Source of the DNA: Pseudothermotoga sp.
GTDB lineage: Bacteria > Thermotogota > Thermotogae > Thermotogales > DSM-5069
Assembly (NCBI GenBank): GCA_031962025.1
Contig: JAVRKW010000002.1
Direction: 5' to 3' (one strand)
Length of the DNA stretch: 64,000 nt
Shown here in pieces: positions 48,670 to 57,899 of this stretch. The position numbers and the translations under genes are program-made. The first letter of the stretch is position 1, and each line of letters starts with the position of its first letter. The notes beneath the pieces were generated by a model. That model was not told the origin of the DNA. It made no database searches and saw only the letters and a list, made by a program, of their open reading frames with translations.

Positions 48670-49472
48670 TTATCGGTGTGGGTGTTGATGTTGTAAAGAT
48701 CGAAAGAATAAATGAAAATATCTACAGAAGGATCCTTGGTCCAAAAGAATTGCAGGAATTTGAGCAAATCAAGAACAAAAAGGTCTATCTTTCCAGTCGT
48801 TTTGCGGCAAAGGAAGCTTTCTTCAAAGCACTTGGTACTGGTATCAGAAATTTTTCGTTCAAAGACATTGAAATCATTCACGACAGATTTGGCAAACCTG
48901 TATTTGTTTTTCACAGAGATTTTGCTTTCAATTTTGCTCATTTGAGCATAGCACACGATTATCTGGCTTTCGCACAAGTTGCCCTTGAAAAATCCGATGG
49001 AAAGATTTACATAGGTCTTGGTTCCAATCTTGGTAATAGATTGATAAATATCCAAAGGGCATGCAATCTATTAGAGATTTTCGGGATTGATGTTGTGAAA
49101 AAATCATCCGTTTATGAAACCAGACCGTACGGTGTGACAGACCAGCCGAATTTTCTCAACTGCGTTGTCGAAGTGAATACAAACCTGACACCGCATCAGC
49201 TGCTCGACAAACTCCTGCAGATAGAACAGATCATGGGTCGAGTCAGAGAAAAACGGTGGGGACCAAGGATAATAGATCTGGATATACTTTTGTATGGTAA
49301 TTTGGTGTACGAATCAGATGATCTGTCCATACCACACTACGATATGCTCAACAGACAATTTGTCATAACTCCGCTTGTCGAGATAGATGCAATTGATCAT
49401 CCAGTTGAAGGCAGTCTGAAAAGGTTTTTGAAAGAAGGTGAAGAATGCAAACTGATTACGAGCAACTGGTAA
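48666..49472 (+). CDS. AcpS-FolK fusion (holo-ACP synthase + HPPK)
   Basis: GVGVDVV, RFAAKEAFFKALGTG, LSIAHD (AcpS); YIGLGSNLG, SSVYET, DQPNFLN, WGPRIIDLDIL, IPH (FolK) in one frame. Confidence 0.88.
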   Translation: MIIGVGVDVVKIERINENIYRRILGPKELQEFEQIKNKKVYLSSRFAAKEAFFKALGTGIRNFSFKDIEIIHDRFGKPVFVFHRDFAFNFAHLSIAHDYLAFAQVALEKSDGKIYIGLGSNLGNRLINIQRACNLLEIFGIDVVKKSSVYETRPYGVTDQPNFLNCVVEVNTNLTPHQLLDKLLQIEQIMGRVREKRWGPRIIDLDILLYGNLVYESDDLSIPHYDMLNRQFVITPLVEIDAIDHPVEGSLKRFLKEGEECKLITSNW

Positions 49473-49756
49473 GGCAAATAGAACAACAAATAGATGAATC
49501 GATAGAAAACCAGCAATATGAACAGCTATTACCGCTCCTTGAAAAGCGCGAACAGATCCTGAGATCTTTTGAAAAAATAGATGAAAAATTTGCACAGTCC
49601 ATATTGCAAGCAGACGAAAAAAGAATTGAAAAAATAAAATCACAGATGGAAAAACTCGCTCAGGATGCACTGCAGATGAAAAAATCCCAGGCAGCTATCA
49701 AAAGCTATAAAGATTTCACTCAAGCTCAGGGAACAAGATTGGACAAAAAAATCTAA
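49445..49756 (+). CDS. Coiled-coil protein, FliT-like
   Basis: Helical, LLEKREQIL and KSQAAIKSY pattern. Confidence 0.45.
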   Translation: MQTDYEQLVRQIEQQIDESIENQQYEQLLPLLEKREQILRSFEKIDEKFAQSILQADEKRIEKIKSQMEKLAQDALQMKKSQAAIKSYKDFTQAQGTRLDKKI

Positions 49757-49780
49757 AAAGGGCGCTTTCGCGCCCTTTTT
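49755..49780. terminator. Bidirectional intrinsic terminator
   Basis: AAAAAGGGCGC-TTTC-GCGCCCTTTTT between convergent genes. Confidence 0.9.
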
Positions 49781-51031
49781 TCATGGATAAATACCTCTTA
49801 GTTTTACTGCCTGTGCTACTCTGTCAATCGCGACTATGTAAGCTGCCGTTCTGAAATCTACATTGTACTTTTCTTTGGTCTTTGCCACTTCAGCGAATGC
49901 GGCTTTCATCATCTTTGTGAGTTTTGCTCTTATATCATCAAGGTCCCAGAAGAATGATTGCAAATCCTGCACCCACTCAAAGTAAGAAACGGTCACTCCA
50001 CCGGAATTGGCAAGGATATCTGGAATAACAGTGACGCCTTTTGAAAGGAGTATTTTGTCTGCCTCCGGTGTGACTGGTCCGTTTGCTCCTTCGACAATGA
50101 GTTTTGCCCTGATTTTGTCGGCATTTTTCTCTGTGATGGCATTTTCCAGTGCTGCAGGAACCAGTATATCCACATCAAGCTCGAGCAGTTCTTCGTGCTT
50201 TATTTTCTTTGCCTTTGGATATCCATCGATGAATCCTTTGTGACTGTCCCTGTAAGCGATCAGATCATTGATATCCAGACCATTTGGATCATAATAAGCA
50301 GCAGATACGTCGCTTACGGCAACAACCTTTGCTTTGAAATCTTCGTGTAAAATTTTCGCGGAGAAAGAACCGACATTTCCAAAACCCTGCACAGCCACCG
50401 TTGCTTTTGAAATGTCTTTCCCCAGAACTTTGCATGCCTCGGCAGCCACTACGGCTACACCACGTCCTGTGGCTTCATTTCTTCCAACAGAGCCTCCTAT
50501 CTCCACAGGCTTTCCAGTCACAACACCCAGTGCAGGATAACCCGTATGCATGGTGTAGGTATCAACAAACCATGCCATCACCTGGGCATTTGTATTCACG
50601 TCTGGAGCCGGGATATCCTTTTTCTCGCCTATGAAGTTGGATATTTCATAGAAGAACCTTCTTGAGAGCCTTTCCAGTTCGTGTTTGGAAAGTTTGGAAG
50701 GATCTACTTTGACTCCGCCTTTTCCTCCACCATATGGGAGGTTCAAAAGCGAGCATTTCCATGTCATCCAGAAAGCCAGAGTCTGTACCTCATCGAGTGT
50801 GACATCGGGATGGTATCTTATACCACCCTTTGCCGGACCCCTGGCTGTACTGTGCTGACAGCGATACCCTGTGAACATTTCTACTCTACCATCATCCATC
50901 ACAACTGGGAACTCCACGATCAGAGTACGCTGAGGCCTTTCAAGAAATTTTCTGATGTTTGGATCAAGGTTCATGACATCTGCGGCATGCCCGAAAACCT
51001 CAAGCGCCTGTTGATATAACGATTTGGCCAT
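49781..51031 (-). CDS. gdhA: Glutamate dehydrogenase
   Basis: GPAKGGIRYHP, MTWKC, GGGKGG, DIPAPDVNT, QGFGNVG, EGANGP; start ATG 51031. Confidence 0.96.
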   Translation of the reverse strand: MAKSLYQQALEVFGHAADVMNLDPNIRKFLERPQRTLIVEFPVVMDDGRVEMFTGYRCQHSTARGPAKGGIRYHPDVTLDEVQTLAFWMTWKCSLLNLPYGGGKGGVKVDPSKLSKHELERLSRRFFYEISNFIGEKKDIPAPDVNTNAQVMAWFVDTYTMHTGYPALGVVTGKPVEIGGSVGRNEATGRGVAVVAAEACKVLGKDISKATVAVQGFGNVGSFSAKILHEDFKAKVVAVSDVSAAYYDPNGLDINDLIAYRDSHKGFIDGYPKAKKIKHEELLELDVDILVPAALENAITEKNADKIRAKLIVEGANGPVTPEADKILLSKGVTVIPDILANSGGVTVSYFEWVQDLQSFFWDLDDIRAKLTKMMKAAFAEVAKTKEKYNVDFRTAAYIVAIDRVAQAVKLRGIYP

Positions 51032-51084
51032 AAAAAAGCCTCCTTTCACGTAGGTTAAAGATCTTGCTCTATCTAGTCGAAAAT

Positions 51085-51102
51085 TAGTGAACTACTTCAC
51101 AT
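51085..51102. promoter_or_regulatory. Rex-like operator upstream of gdhA
   Basis: TAGTGAACTACTTCACAT matches 12 of 14 specified positions of TTGTGAAnnnnTTCACAA. Confidence 0.55.
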
Positions 51103-51250
51103 TTTTATTTTAACATTCATTGCTCACGAAAGAAACTGCCACAAACACAAATTTTTTCGGCTCAAAAGTCATTTAGCTCCAAAAAAATGCTGTTTGCTCT
51201 TTTATACACACTAAATCGCAAGCATGCATGAATATGCGTATTAAAAAAGC

Positions 51251-51278
51251 AAAAAGCCCACCGTTGACGGCGGGCTTT
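51251..51278 (-). terminator. Intrinsic terminator of the cyclase-SSS-synthase operon
   Basis: Minus strand AAAGCCCGCCGT-CA-ACGGTGGGCTTTTT. Confidence 0.8.
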
Positions 51279-51295
51279 AAAAAATCATCTGGAGA

Positions 51296-52552
51296 TCATT
51301 GAAGAACTAACCTGATGATCCTATCGATTTGATCATCGTCCAGATAATTTTTGAGTACTATACTCTGTTTCTTAACTCTCACCAATATCTCTTCCACCTG
51401 AGCATCAGTTGCTTTTAAACCTTTTTTCTGCAAATAGAGCTTTATAAAAGCCCTTCCACTTTTTTTACCACCCACGTATCTGAGCTCTCTTCCAAAGTAT
51501 TTCGGATTATAAGGAAACATGGAATAATCGATGCCCGTTCCTTTACTCATTTTTTCATTAGCATCTATCACTATTCCAGATTCACTGTAGAATATCCTGT
51601 CACCAACAATTGGTTTATTTGGTGCCACATTTACCTTTGATATCTCCTGAATGAATTTTGAAACTTTATACAGTTCTGCACAGTTAATTCCAGTTTTTAA
51701 ACCAAGTATCATCTCCAAGCCAGCTACAACTTCCTCTGTTGAAGCATTACCGGTCCTCTCACCAAGGCAATTGAAAGACGTCTCGACAGCTTCTGCACCC
51801 GATGCTACCGCCATGAGTGCGGTAGCTGTGGCAAGTCCATAATCGTTGTGCACGTGTATGGCAAGAGGAACATCTGGAAACCACTCTTTCATCTTTCTAA
51901 CCAGGAAATTAACTGTGAATGGATGTGCCTGACCAAATGTATCGGATATACCTATTTGATCAACTTCTACATTTTTCAAAAGTTCCGTATAAACTGTTTT
52001 TATCCATTCAAGGTTATTGATTCTAAAAGTGTCCCAACCACAAAACTCAACAAACATTCCTAATTCTTTTGCGAGCTTTGCACCCCTGATTATTCTGTTG
52101 ATGAACTCTTTTGAATCAAGACCCAGAACATGCTTCACAAAATATGGGTTAATACCCGTTTCATAGAACAATCCATCGGCACCACATTCTGCGGCAAGCT
52201 TGACGTCTTCTTCCATAATCCTTGCAAGAGCTATCTTTTTTGCTTTCAAATTCATCTTTGACAGTCTTTTGAAAGCCCTCTGGTCTTCCTCAGAAACCGC
52301 AGGTGTGCCTATTTCGATCATGTGAATACCTATCCTGTCAAGCTCCTGAGCTATGAACACTTTTTCATCTTCTGTGAACACAACACCAGCCATCTGTTCA
52401 CCATCTCTCAGCGTAACATCGTGAATCAGGACTTTCTCAGGTAAGTGCATTTTTGATCGAACTTCCTCGATAAAGTTCAATGGTGAAACCCAGCTGTTGT
52501 TCAGAATGAACGGCTCACAACCTTCCAATTCGCTGGAATACATTCTCATCAT
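51296..52552 (-). CDS. DRE-TIM LeuA/homocitrate synthase-family enzyme
   Basis: DVTLRDGEQ, HVHNDYGLATA, GERTGNA, ESGI; no LeuA regulatory domain. Confidence 0.85.
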   Translation of the reverse strand: MMRMYSSELEGCEPFILNNSWVSPLNFIEEVRSKMHLPEKVLIHDVTLRDGEQMAGVVFTEDEKVFIAQELDRIGIHMIEIGTPAVSEEDQRAFKRLSKMNLKAKKIALARIMEEDVKLAAECGADGLFYETGINPYFVKHVLGLDSKEFINRIIRGAKLAKELGMFVEFCGWDTFRINNLEWIKTVYTELLKNVEVDQIGISDTFGQAHPFTVNFLVRKMKEWFPDVPLAIHVHNDYGLATATALMAVASGAEAVETSFNCLGERTGNASTEEVVAGLEMILGLKTGINCAELYKVSKFIQEISKVNVAPNKPIVGDRIFYSESGIVIDANEKMSKGTGIDYSMFPYNPKYFGRELRYVGGKKSGRAFIKLYLQKKGLKATDAQVEEILVRVKKQSIVLKNYLDDDQIDRIIRLVLQ

Positions 52553-54489
52553 CTCCTTGAGTATTTTGAGAGTAACTCATTTCCTTTTTGAGTAATAGAA
52601 ACCGTTCTTCTCCAGATACCACCTTCGCTCAGATAACCTCGTCTGACAAGTGAATTTACAATAGTTGCCAGCGCCATGGAATTCAATCCGGTCTCCTTGG
52701 ACAATTCATCTGCCAGAATTCCAGATTTTCCACGTACATGTTCAAGAATCTTGATTCCTATTTCATCCACACCTTCGAAGATCTCATTTTCCTTAATTTT
52801 TGTTGGTAATGTTCTACCAAAATCTGTTATTCTAAACATATAAAAACCCGACCCGCCACTCGAAAATCTCTCTACTGCCCCGGCTTTCTCAAGCGCCAGA
52901 ACCAATTCGCTGCTCTTAGACGAGTCAATATCCAGTAAATCAGTTATTTCAGCCATTGTGTTATATCCTTTTCTTATTATGTCAAGGACTTTGATTTCCT
53001 CATCAGTTAAATTAGATCTCTTCTGCACAGCAAAGTCGTACTTCGACTTTCCAAAAAAGTTGGCTATTATAGCAGCACCGATAGATACAATGATACCTGG
53101 AATTACCATGTGACCAAATTTGCTGGTCAGTGGATATATCTTTGTCAAATCTAACAGAGTCCAAACAGACATGAATATTAAGCCAACCAAACCTCCCACA
53201 AATGCCCCTGTAGTTGAAAATTTCTTCGTGTAAAGACCAAGAATTACGATCACTGCCGTTGGAGCAAGCCATGCTGTTGCGAAAGCAAACAAATAAACCG
53301 GTCCTCCCGGGAAGAAACAAAGCAGAAGAGCCGCTATACCAAACAAAGCATTAACAATCATCGATGGTTTTACAAGCTGTTCTGATTTTGCATTCGGTTT
53401 GAAAAACCTTTGATAGATATCCCTGACTATGACAGAACTTCCAGCCATGTAATAAGTTGTTGCTGTCGAGACAGAAGCAGCCATTGTGGTGAGCAGAAAA
53501 TAAGCGGCAAGAACAGACGGCGTATCCCTTAAAAATATGCCAAAGGCGGCTGCTGGTGCGGCTGTTCCACGTGGTGCAAACATTTCAGGATGGGCTGCAC
53601 CAACATAAGCACCAAGAAGCGGATACATGAATCCATTTGCAAGAAACAGTATAACAGCAGCCCACAGATATGAGAGTTTAGCTACTCTTTCACTCCTGAC
53701 CGAACTCACCCTGATCCAGTAGCTGTTAGATCCCCAGACCAAAGCCATACCATACAAGAAAAATGCAACAAGGACACTCGGATAGAACACTGAAAACCAG
53801 GGAAAAGTTTTACCAGCTATACCGTTTGCCCACACATTCCCTGCTGGCCAATTTTGATTTAAGAAAGATAGTCCTCCATATTTCATAAGTAGAAATATTA
53901 TAAGAACTGGTATTGCAAAAGTGCACAGAACTCCCTGGATGAAGTCCGTTAAAGTTACCGCCCACATACCGCCCAAAACAGTGAAGAACAGAAAGATCAA
54001 AAACGTGAGCAAAATTGTTGATGAAATTGACCATTTCGTAAACCCTGTTATAATCGTCGCCATTGAGAGAATATTATTTGCCGTTATACCAAGCATAGCA
54101 ACTACCGTAACAAGTGTTATTACAAACCTGACTTTTCTATCGTATCTTATCTCGAGCCATTCTGGTAGAGTGTGTGCCCCTGTTCTTCTTGCTACGGGCG
54201 CTATAAGAAAGGCATAGGATATAATTCCTGTCAAAGAATAAGCCACACCAAGCATGAAGATACTCTTCGTGAGCCCACCCATCAAAGTGAAAGCAGGTGC
54301 AAGAGTCAGTGTGGTCCCTGCATAACCTATCGCGGTGACACCCAAAATGTTCACCAAAAGATTGATCTGCCTGCCCGCCACCAGATAATCAGTACTTCTT
54401 CCAATCCACTTTCTGGTTATCCATCCGACCCAAACCATTACAAAGCCGAAGATAGCAAAAAATACCGTGAAGATACCGACGGTACCCAT
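52549..54489 (-). CDS. Sodium:solute symporter with C-terminal tandem winged-helix-like domains
   Basis: DYLVAGR, TLPEWLEIRY, GGMWAVTLTDFIQ, AASVST, RDIYQR; soluble tail of about 150 aa. Confidence 0.85.
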   Translation of the reverse strand: MGTVGIFTVFFAIFGFVMVWVGWITRKWIGRSTDYLVAGRQINLLVNILGVTAIGYAGTTLTLAPAFTLMGGLTKSIFMLGVAYSLTGIISYAFLIAPVARRTGAHTLPEWLEIRYDRKVRFVITLVTVVAMLGITANNILSMATIITGFTKWSISSTILLTFLIFLFFTVLGGMWAVTLTDFIQGVLCTFAIPVLIIFLLMKYGGLSFLNQNWPAGNVWANGIAGKTFPWFSVFYPSVLVAFFLYGMALVWGSNSYWIRVSSVRSERVAKLSYLWAAVILFLANGFMYPLLGAYVGAAHPEMFAPRGTAAPAAAFGIFLRDTPSVLAAYFLLTTMAASVSTATTYYMAGSSVIVRDIYQRFFKPNAKSEQLVKPSMIVNALFGIAALLLCFFPGGPVYLFAFATAWLAPTAVIVILGLYTKKFSTTGAFVGGLVGLIFMSVWTLLDLTKIYPLTSKFGHMVIPGIIVSIGAAIIANFFGKSKYDFAVQKRSNLTDEEIKVLDIIRKGYNTMAEITDLLDIDSSKSSELVLALEKAGAVERFSSGGSGFYMFRITDFGRTLPTKIKENEIFEGVDEIGIKILEHVRGKSGILADELSKETGLNSMALATIVNSLVRRGYLSEGGIWRRTVSITQKGNELLSKYSRR

Positions 54490-54506
54490 AATTCCACCCT
54501 CCCTTT

Positions 54507-55286
54507 CTAATCCTCAACAATGGCTACAGCGCGGACCCACCCGGCGCTTGCCTTGAATATTTTTATGGGGAAAACTGCCACTTTGAAGCCAAAAGATCTT
54601 GGAATTTTATCGAGATTTGCCAACTTTTCTATGTGACAATATTCTTTTTCAATCGAAGCAAAATGAGCAGGCCATATATACGAACCATCCTTAGTTTCTT
54701 GATAGTCTTTTGACATACTGGAAAAAGGTCTGTCCCATGTATAAGCATCAATACCTGTAATTTTTACGCCCTGTTCAAGCAACCACAATGTAGCTTCTCT
54801 GCTCATGCCAGGCTGGAGAAAATAATCTTTCGTCCCCATTCTTTTGTCTGCGCCGGTCATTATCAAAACAATGTCAAATGGTTTTATACTATAATTGATC
54901 CTTTCAAGCTCTTTTTTAAGATCGTCAATCGTTATGAATTCACCGTAGTTTTTATGACGCATATCGAGGACAACCCCGTCCGAAAAGCACCATTCTAAAG
55001 GTATTTCATCGATAGTTTTTGATATTTTACCCTCGCTCATTGGATGATAATGCCATGGGGCATCCATGTGTGTACCTGTGTGAGTCATCGCCTCGATGAA
55101 TTCATAGGACCAACCTAAACCATTCGAAAAAACAAGATCTTTTGGATCGACACCAAATCGCTCTCTCATTTCCTGGGAACCTGCTCTGTGGTCGAGATAG
55201 GTTATCTTGGCTGGCCATGGTTCGGAAGGAGAATTCGGTACAATAGTTTCACTTAAGTCAATTAATCTCACCCCATATGATGTCAC
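54507..55286 (-). CDS. Cyclase-family metallohydrolase (kynurenine formamidase-like)
   Basis: THTGTHMDAPWH, GID, HIEKLANL, WVRAVA; start may be GTG 55271. Confidence 0.88.
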   Translation of the reverse strand: MTSYGVRLIDLSETIVPNSPSEPWPAKITYLDHRAGSQEMRERFGVDPKDLVFSNGLGWSYEFIEAMTHTGTHMDAPWHYHPMSEGKISKTIDEIPLEWCFSDGVVLDMRHKNYGEFITIDDLKKELERINYSIKPFDIVLIMTGADKRMGTKDYFLQPGMSREATLWLLEQGVKITGIDAYTWDRPFSSMSKDYQETKDGSYIWPAHFASIEKEYCHIEKLANLDKIPRSFGFKVAVFPIKIFKASAGWVRAVAIVED

Positions 55287-55290
55287 CCCC

Positions 55291-55315
55291 TGTATTTTCG
55301 ATTATCGATAATACA
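55291..55315. promoter_or_regulatory. 25-bp inverted repeat, candidate GntR operator
   Basis: TGTATTTTCGAT-T-ATCGATAATACA, 12-bp arms with one mismatch. Confidence 0.55.
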
Positions 55316-55408
55316 TAAAACTGTATTGAAAAACAAAACCAAGAGGAATTCATATAAAGCAGTAAAACCAAGAAAACCCCAGGGAAACCTTTAAAAATTG
55401 TGAAAATC

Positions 55409-56107
55409 TCACTGAATCTCGTTTTTACTTGATTTTTCTTTGCATTTCGATAACATGTCGTTATAATATTGTTGAACAACAGCGGCACTAAAGCGAATGT
55501 ACTCTGCTATCAATTCAGCAGCTTTTTGTGAATCTCTTTTCTCCAATGTGAAAATTATTTGTGTGAAATATTGCGAAGAGATCCTGAGATTATCATCATA
55601 TTTCATGCTCAGATATCTGTACCTTTTTGCCTGATCTTCAGTTGCTTTAAGCAGAGAAACGAGTTTTTTAGACCCACATCCTTCCAAAATCACATCTGTG
55701 AACTGAAAGTTCGCTTCGAAAGCTTTGTCAATATCATACTCTATGTAAGCATCTCTGAATTCTTTTACAAACTGCTTAGCCCTCTGAATCTGTTCTTCGG
55801 TGGCTCTTTCGGCAAACCATGCAAATGCCAGTGACCACAGCTTTTCCTTTATCTTCCATATATCCAAAAGTTCTCGAAGGTCTATTTCCGTGACGATGTA
55901 ACCTTTGCGAGGAAATTCAGTCACAAGGTCAGATTTCTCTAAAATCTTCAATGCCTCCCTTACAGAAGTCTGACTCACACCAAAACGCTTCGCAAGATCC
56001 ATGATTTTTATACGTTCGCCCGGCTTGTAGAAACCTTTTATTATCTCCTGCTTTAATTGTTGTGCTATGCTCTCACAAACCTTCGGCGGTTTTTGATATA
56101 CCTCCAT
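55409..56107 (-). CDS. GntR-family regulator (FCD type)
   Basis: LAKRFGVSQTSVREALKIL HTH; start ATG 56107. Confidence 0.9.
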   Translation of the reverse strand: MEVYQKPPKVCESIAQQLKQEIIKGFYKPGERIKIMDLAKRFGVSQTSVREALKILEKSDLVTEFPRKGYIVTEIDLRELLDIWKIKEKLWSLAFAWFAERATEEQIQRAKQFVKEFRDAYIEYDIDKAFEANFQFTDVILEGCGSKKLVSLLKATEDQAKRYRYLSMKYDDNLRISSQYFTQIIFTLEKRDSQKAAELIAEYIRFSAAVVQQYYNDMLSKCKEKSSKNEIQ

Positions 56108-56213
56108 TTGGCTTTTCCATCCTCCTGTGCAAATATTTTTCAACTTTATTATAGCTCATCTTGTTCAACCACACTGTGAACTGTGGTAAACTTATGTCCA
56201 TGGTGAGAATTAT

Positions 56214-56828
56214 ATGGCTAATATACTCGTAGTTGACGATGAAAGAAATGTGAGAACCCTGATAAAGAGAATTCTCGAGCAGAGAGATCATTCGGTTGTT
56301 GCAGTTGCAACCGCTGAAGAAGCTTTTGTAGAACTCCGCCGCCAGGTGTTTGATCTTGTGACACTGGATCTGAAATTGCCCGGAATATCCGGCATAGAGT
56401 TCCTCAAGAAAATGAGACAGGAAGGATATGAAATACCAGTTCTGGTTATATCGGCGATAACCAATGCAATACCCATTGTTGAAGCGATGAAAAATGGAGC
56501 AAGTGATTATCTATCTAAACCATTCCCTGCCCAGGATCTTGTAAAAAAAGTGGAAGAGCTTTTGAACAGAGAAGAGATAACTTTTGAAAAGCTTGAAAGA
56601 AAAATTGAAGAAAAGATTTCCCAGGGCAAACTGGATATCGCAGAGCGCATGGCAAGAGAGTTGTTTTCAATTCACCCTTCTGCCGATGCACATTTCATCT
56701 ACGCAATGGTAATGGAACGATTGGGGAACACTGAACTTGCATACAAACACTTGAAAGCAGCCATTGCTTTGGATCCGGATCACAAGAAAGCGATTAAGGA
56801 GATTGCTCGTTATGAAAAAAAGGACTGA
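56214..56828 (+). CDS. Response regulator with C-terminal TPR
   Basis: ILVVDDE, LDLKLP, YLSKPF; AYKHLKAAIALDP. Confidence 0.88.
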   Translation: MANILVVDDERNVRTLIKRILEQRDHSVVAVATAEEAFVELRRQVFDLVTLDLKLPGISGIEFLKKMRQEGYEIPVLVISAITNAIPIVEAMKNGASDYLSKPFPAQDLVKKVEELLNREEITFEKLERKIEEKISQGKLDIAERMARELFSIHPSADAHFIYAMVMERLGNTELAYKHLKAAIALDPDHKKAIKEIARYEKKD

Positions 56829-57243
56829 GGGGCTCTATATAATCATCATAGGGTGCGGGAAAATAGGCTCTATAGTCGCATCATACATGTCTGCTATTGG
56901 CAACAATGTGGTTGTTATAGACAATAAAGAAACAGCTTTCGACAACCTTTCGGAAGAGTTCACAGGATTCAAAGTCCTGGGCGATGCCACAGAGATAGTT
57001 CATCTAAAAGAAGCAAAAATCGAAAGGGCAAATGTTGTCTTGGCTCTAACAGGAGACGATAACACCAACTTCATGGTGTCAACCGTTGCAAAGCAGTACT
57101 TCGGTGTTAAAGAGGTTGTGGCTCGAGTAAACGATCCAGAAAATGAAGACATATTTAAAGAGTTCGACATAGAAGTTGTTTCACCAACTGCACTTGTAGC
57201 AGACAGAATTATACAGATAGTTGATGCGGAGGGACAGGGTTGA
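56812..57243 (+). CDS. trkA: TrkA-family protein (RCK-N only)
   Basis: IIGCGKIG, GDATE, LTGDDNTN, ARVNDP; start ATG 56812. Confidence 0.85.
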   Translation: MKKRTEGLYIIIIGCGKIGSIVASYMSAIGNNVVVIDNKETAFDNLSEEFTGFKVLGDATEIVHLKEAKIERANVVLALTGDDNTNFMVSTVAKQYFGVKEVVARVNDPENEDIFKEFDIEVVSPTALVADRIIQIVDAEGQG

Positions 57244-57899
57244 AAATCGTCATAATAGGTGGATATCGTATCGCATACCATCTGGCTCGATCGATGATTT
57301 CCAAGGGGTATCATGTCTATATCGTAAACAAAGATCCGCAGGTATGTGAAGAACTGGCTAAGAAACTTTCGGTCGTTGTAATCAACGGAGATGGGAGCAA
57401 GAAAAACATCCTGGATCAGTTGGAGCTTTCGCAGAACGATATAGTTGTTATACTGACCAACACCGATCGAGATAGCCTGATAATCTCACAGATGATCAGA
57501 AAATATTACGGTGTGGAAAGAATAGTCACTCTGGTAAACGATCCGGAGAACATAGAAATCTTCAACAGACTCGGAGTAAAGGTGGCGGTCAGCCCGACCT
57601 CTTTGTTGAGTCAAACAATACAGAGCCTTTTGCTTGTTGAAGAAATGGAAGAATTCTTTCCAGTCGAAGAAGGTAAGCTGGTCTTTCTAAGACTCGAGAT
57701 ACCAGACAGTTCTCCTTCTGCCGGCAAAAAGCTCAAAGAAATAAACCTTCCAAACGAATGCATCATCGGTGGAATTCTGCGGCAAAACAACGTGGTGATT
57801 CCCAGGGGCGAAACAGAGTTACTGCCGAAAGATCGTGTTTTCATCATATGCGAACCAAAGGTGCAAACGCAGGTAATAAAATACCTGGTAGGTGAATGA
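57240..57899 (+). CDS. trkA: TrkA-family protein (RCK-N + RCK-C)
   Basis: INGDGS, LVNDP, VIPRGETELLPKD. Confidence 0.85.
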   Translation: MKIVIIGGYRIAYHLARSMISKGYHVYIVNKDPQVCEELAKKLSVVVINGDGSKKNILDQLELSQNDIVVILTNTDRDSLIISQMIRKYYGVERIVTLVNDPENIEIFNRLGVKVAVSPTSLLSQTIQSLLLVEEMEEFFPVEEGKLVFLRLEIPDSSPSAGKKLKEINLPNECIIGGILRQNNVVIPRGETELLPKDRVFIICEPKVQTQVIKYLVGE

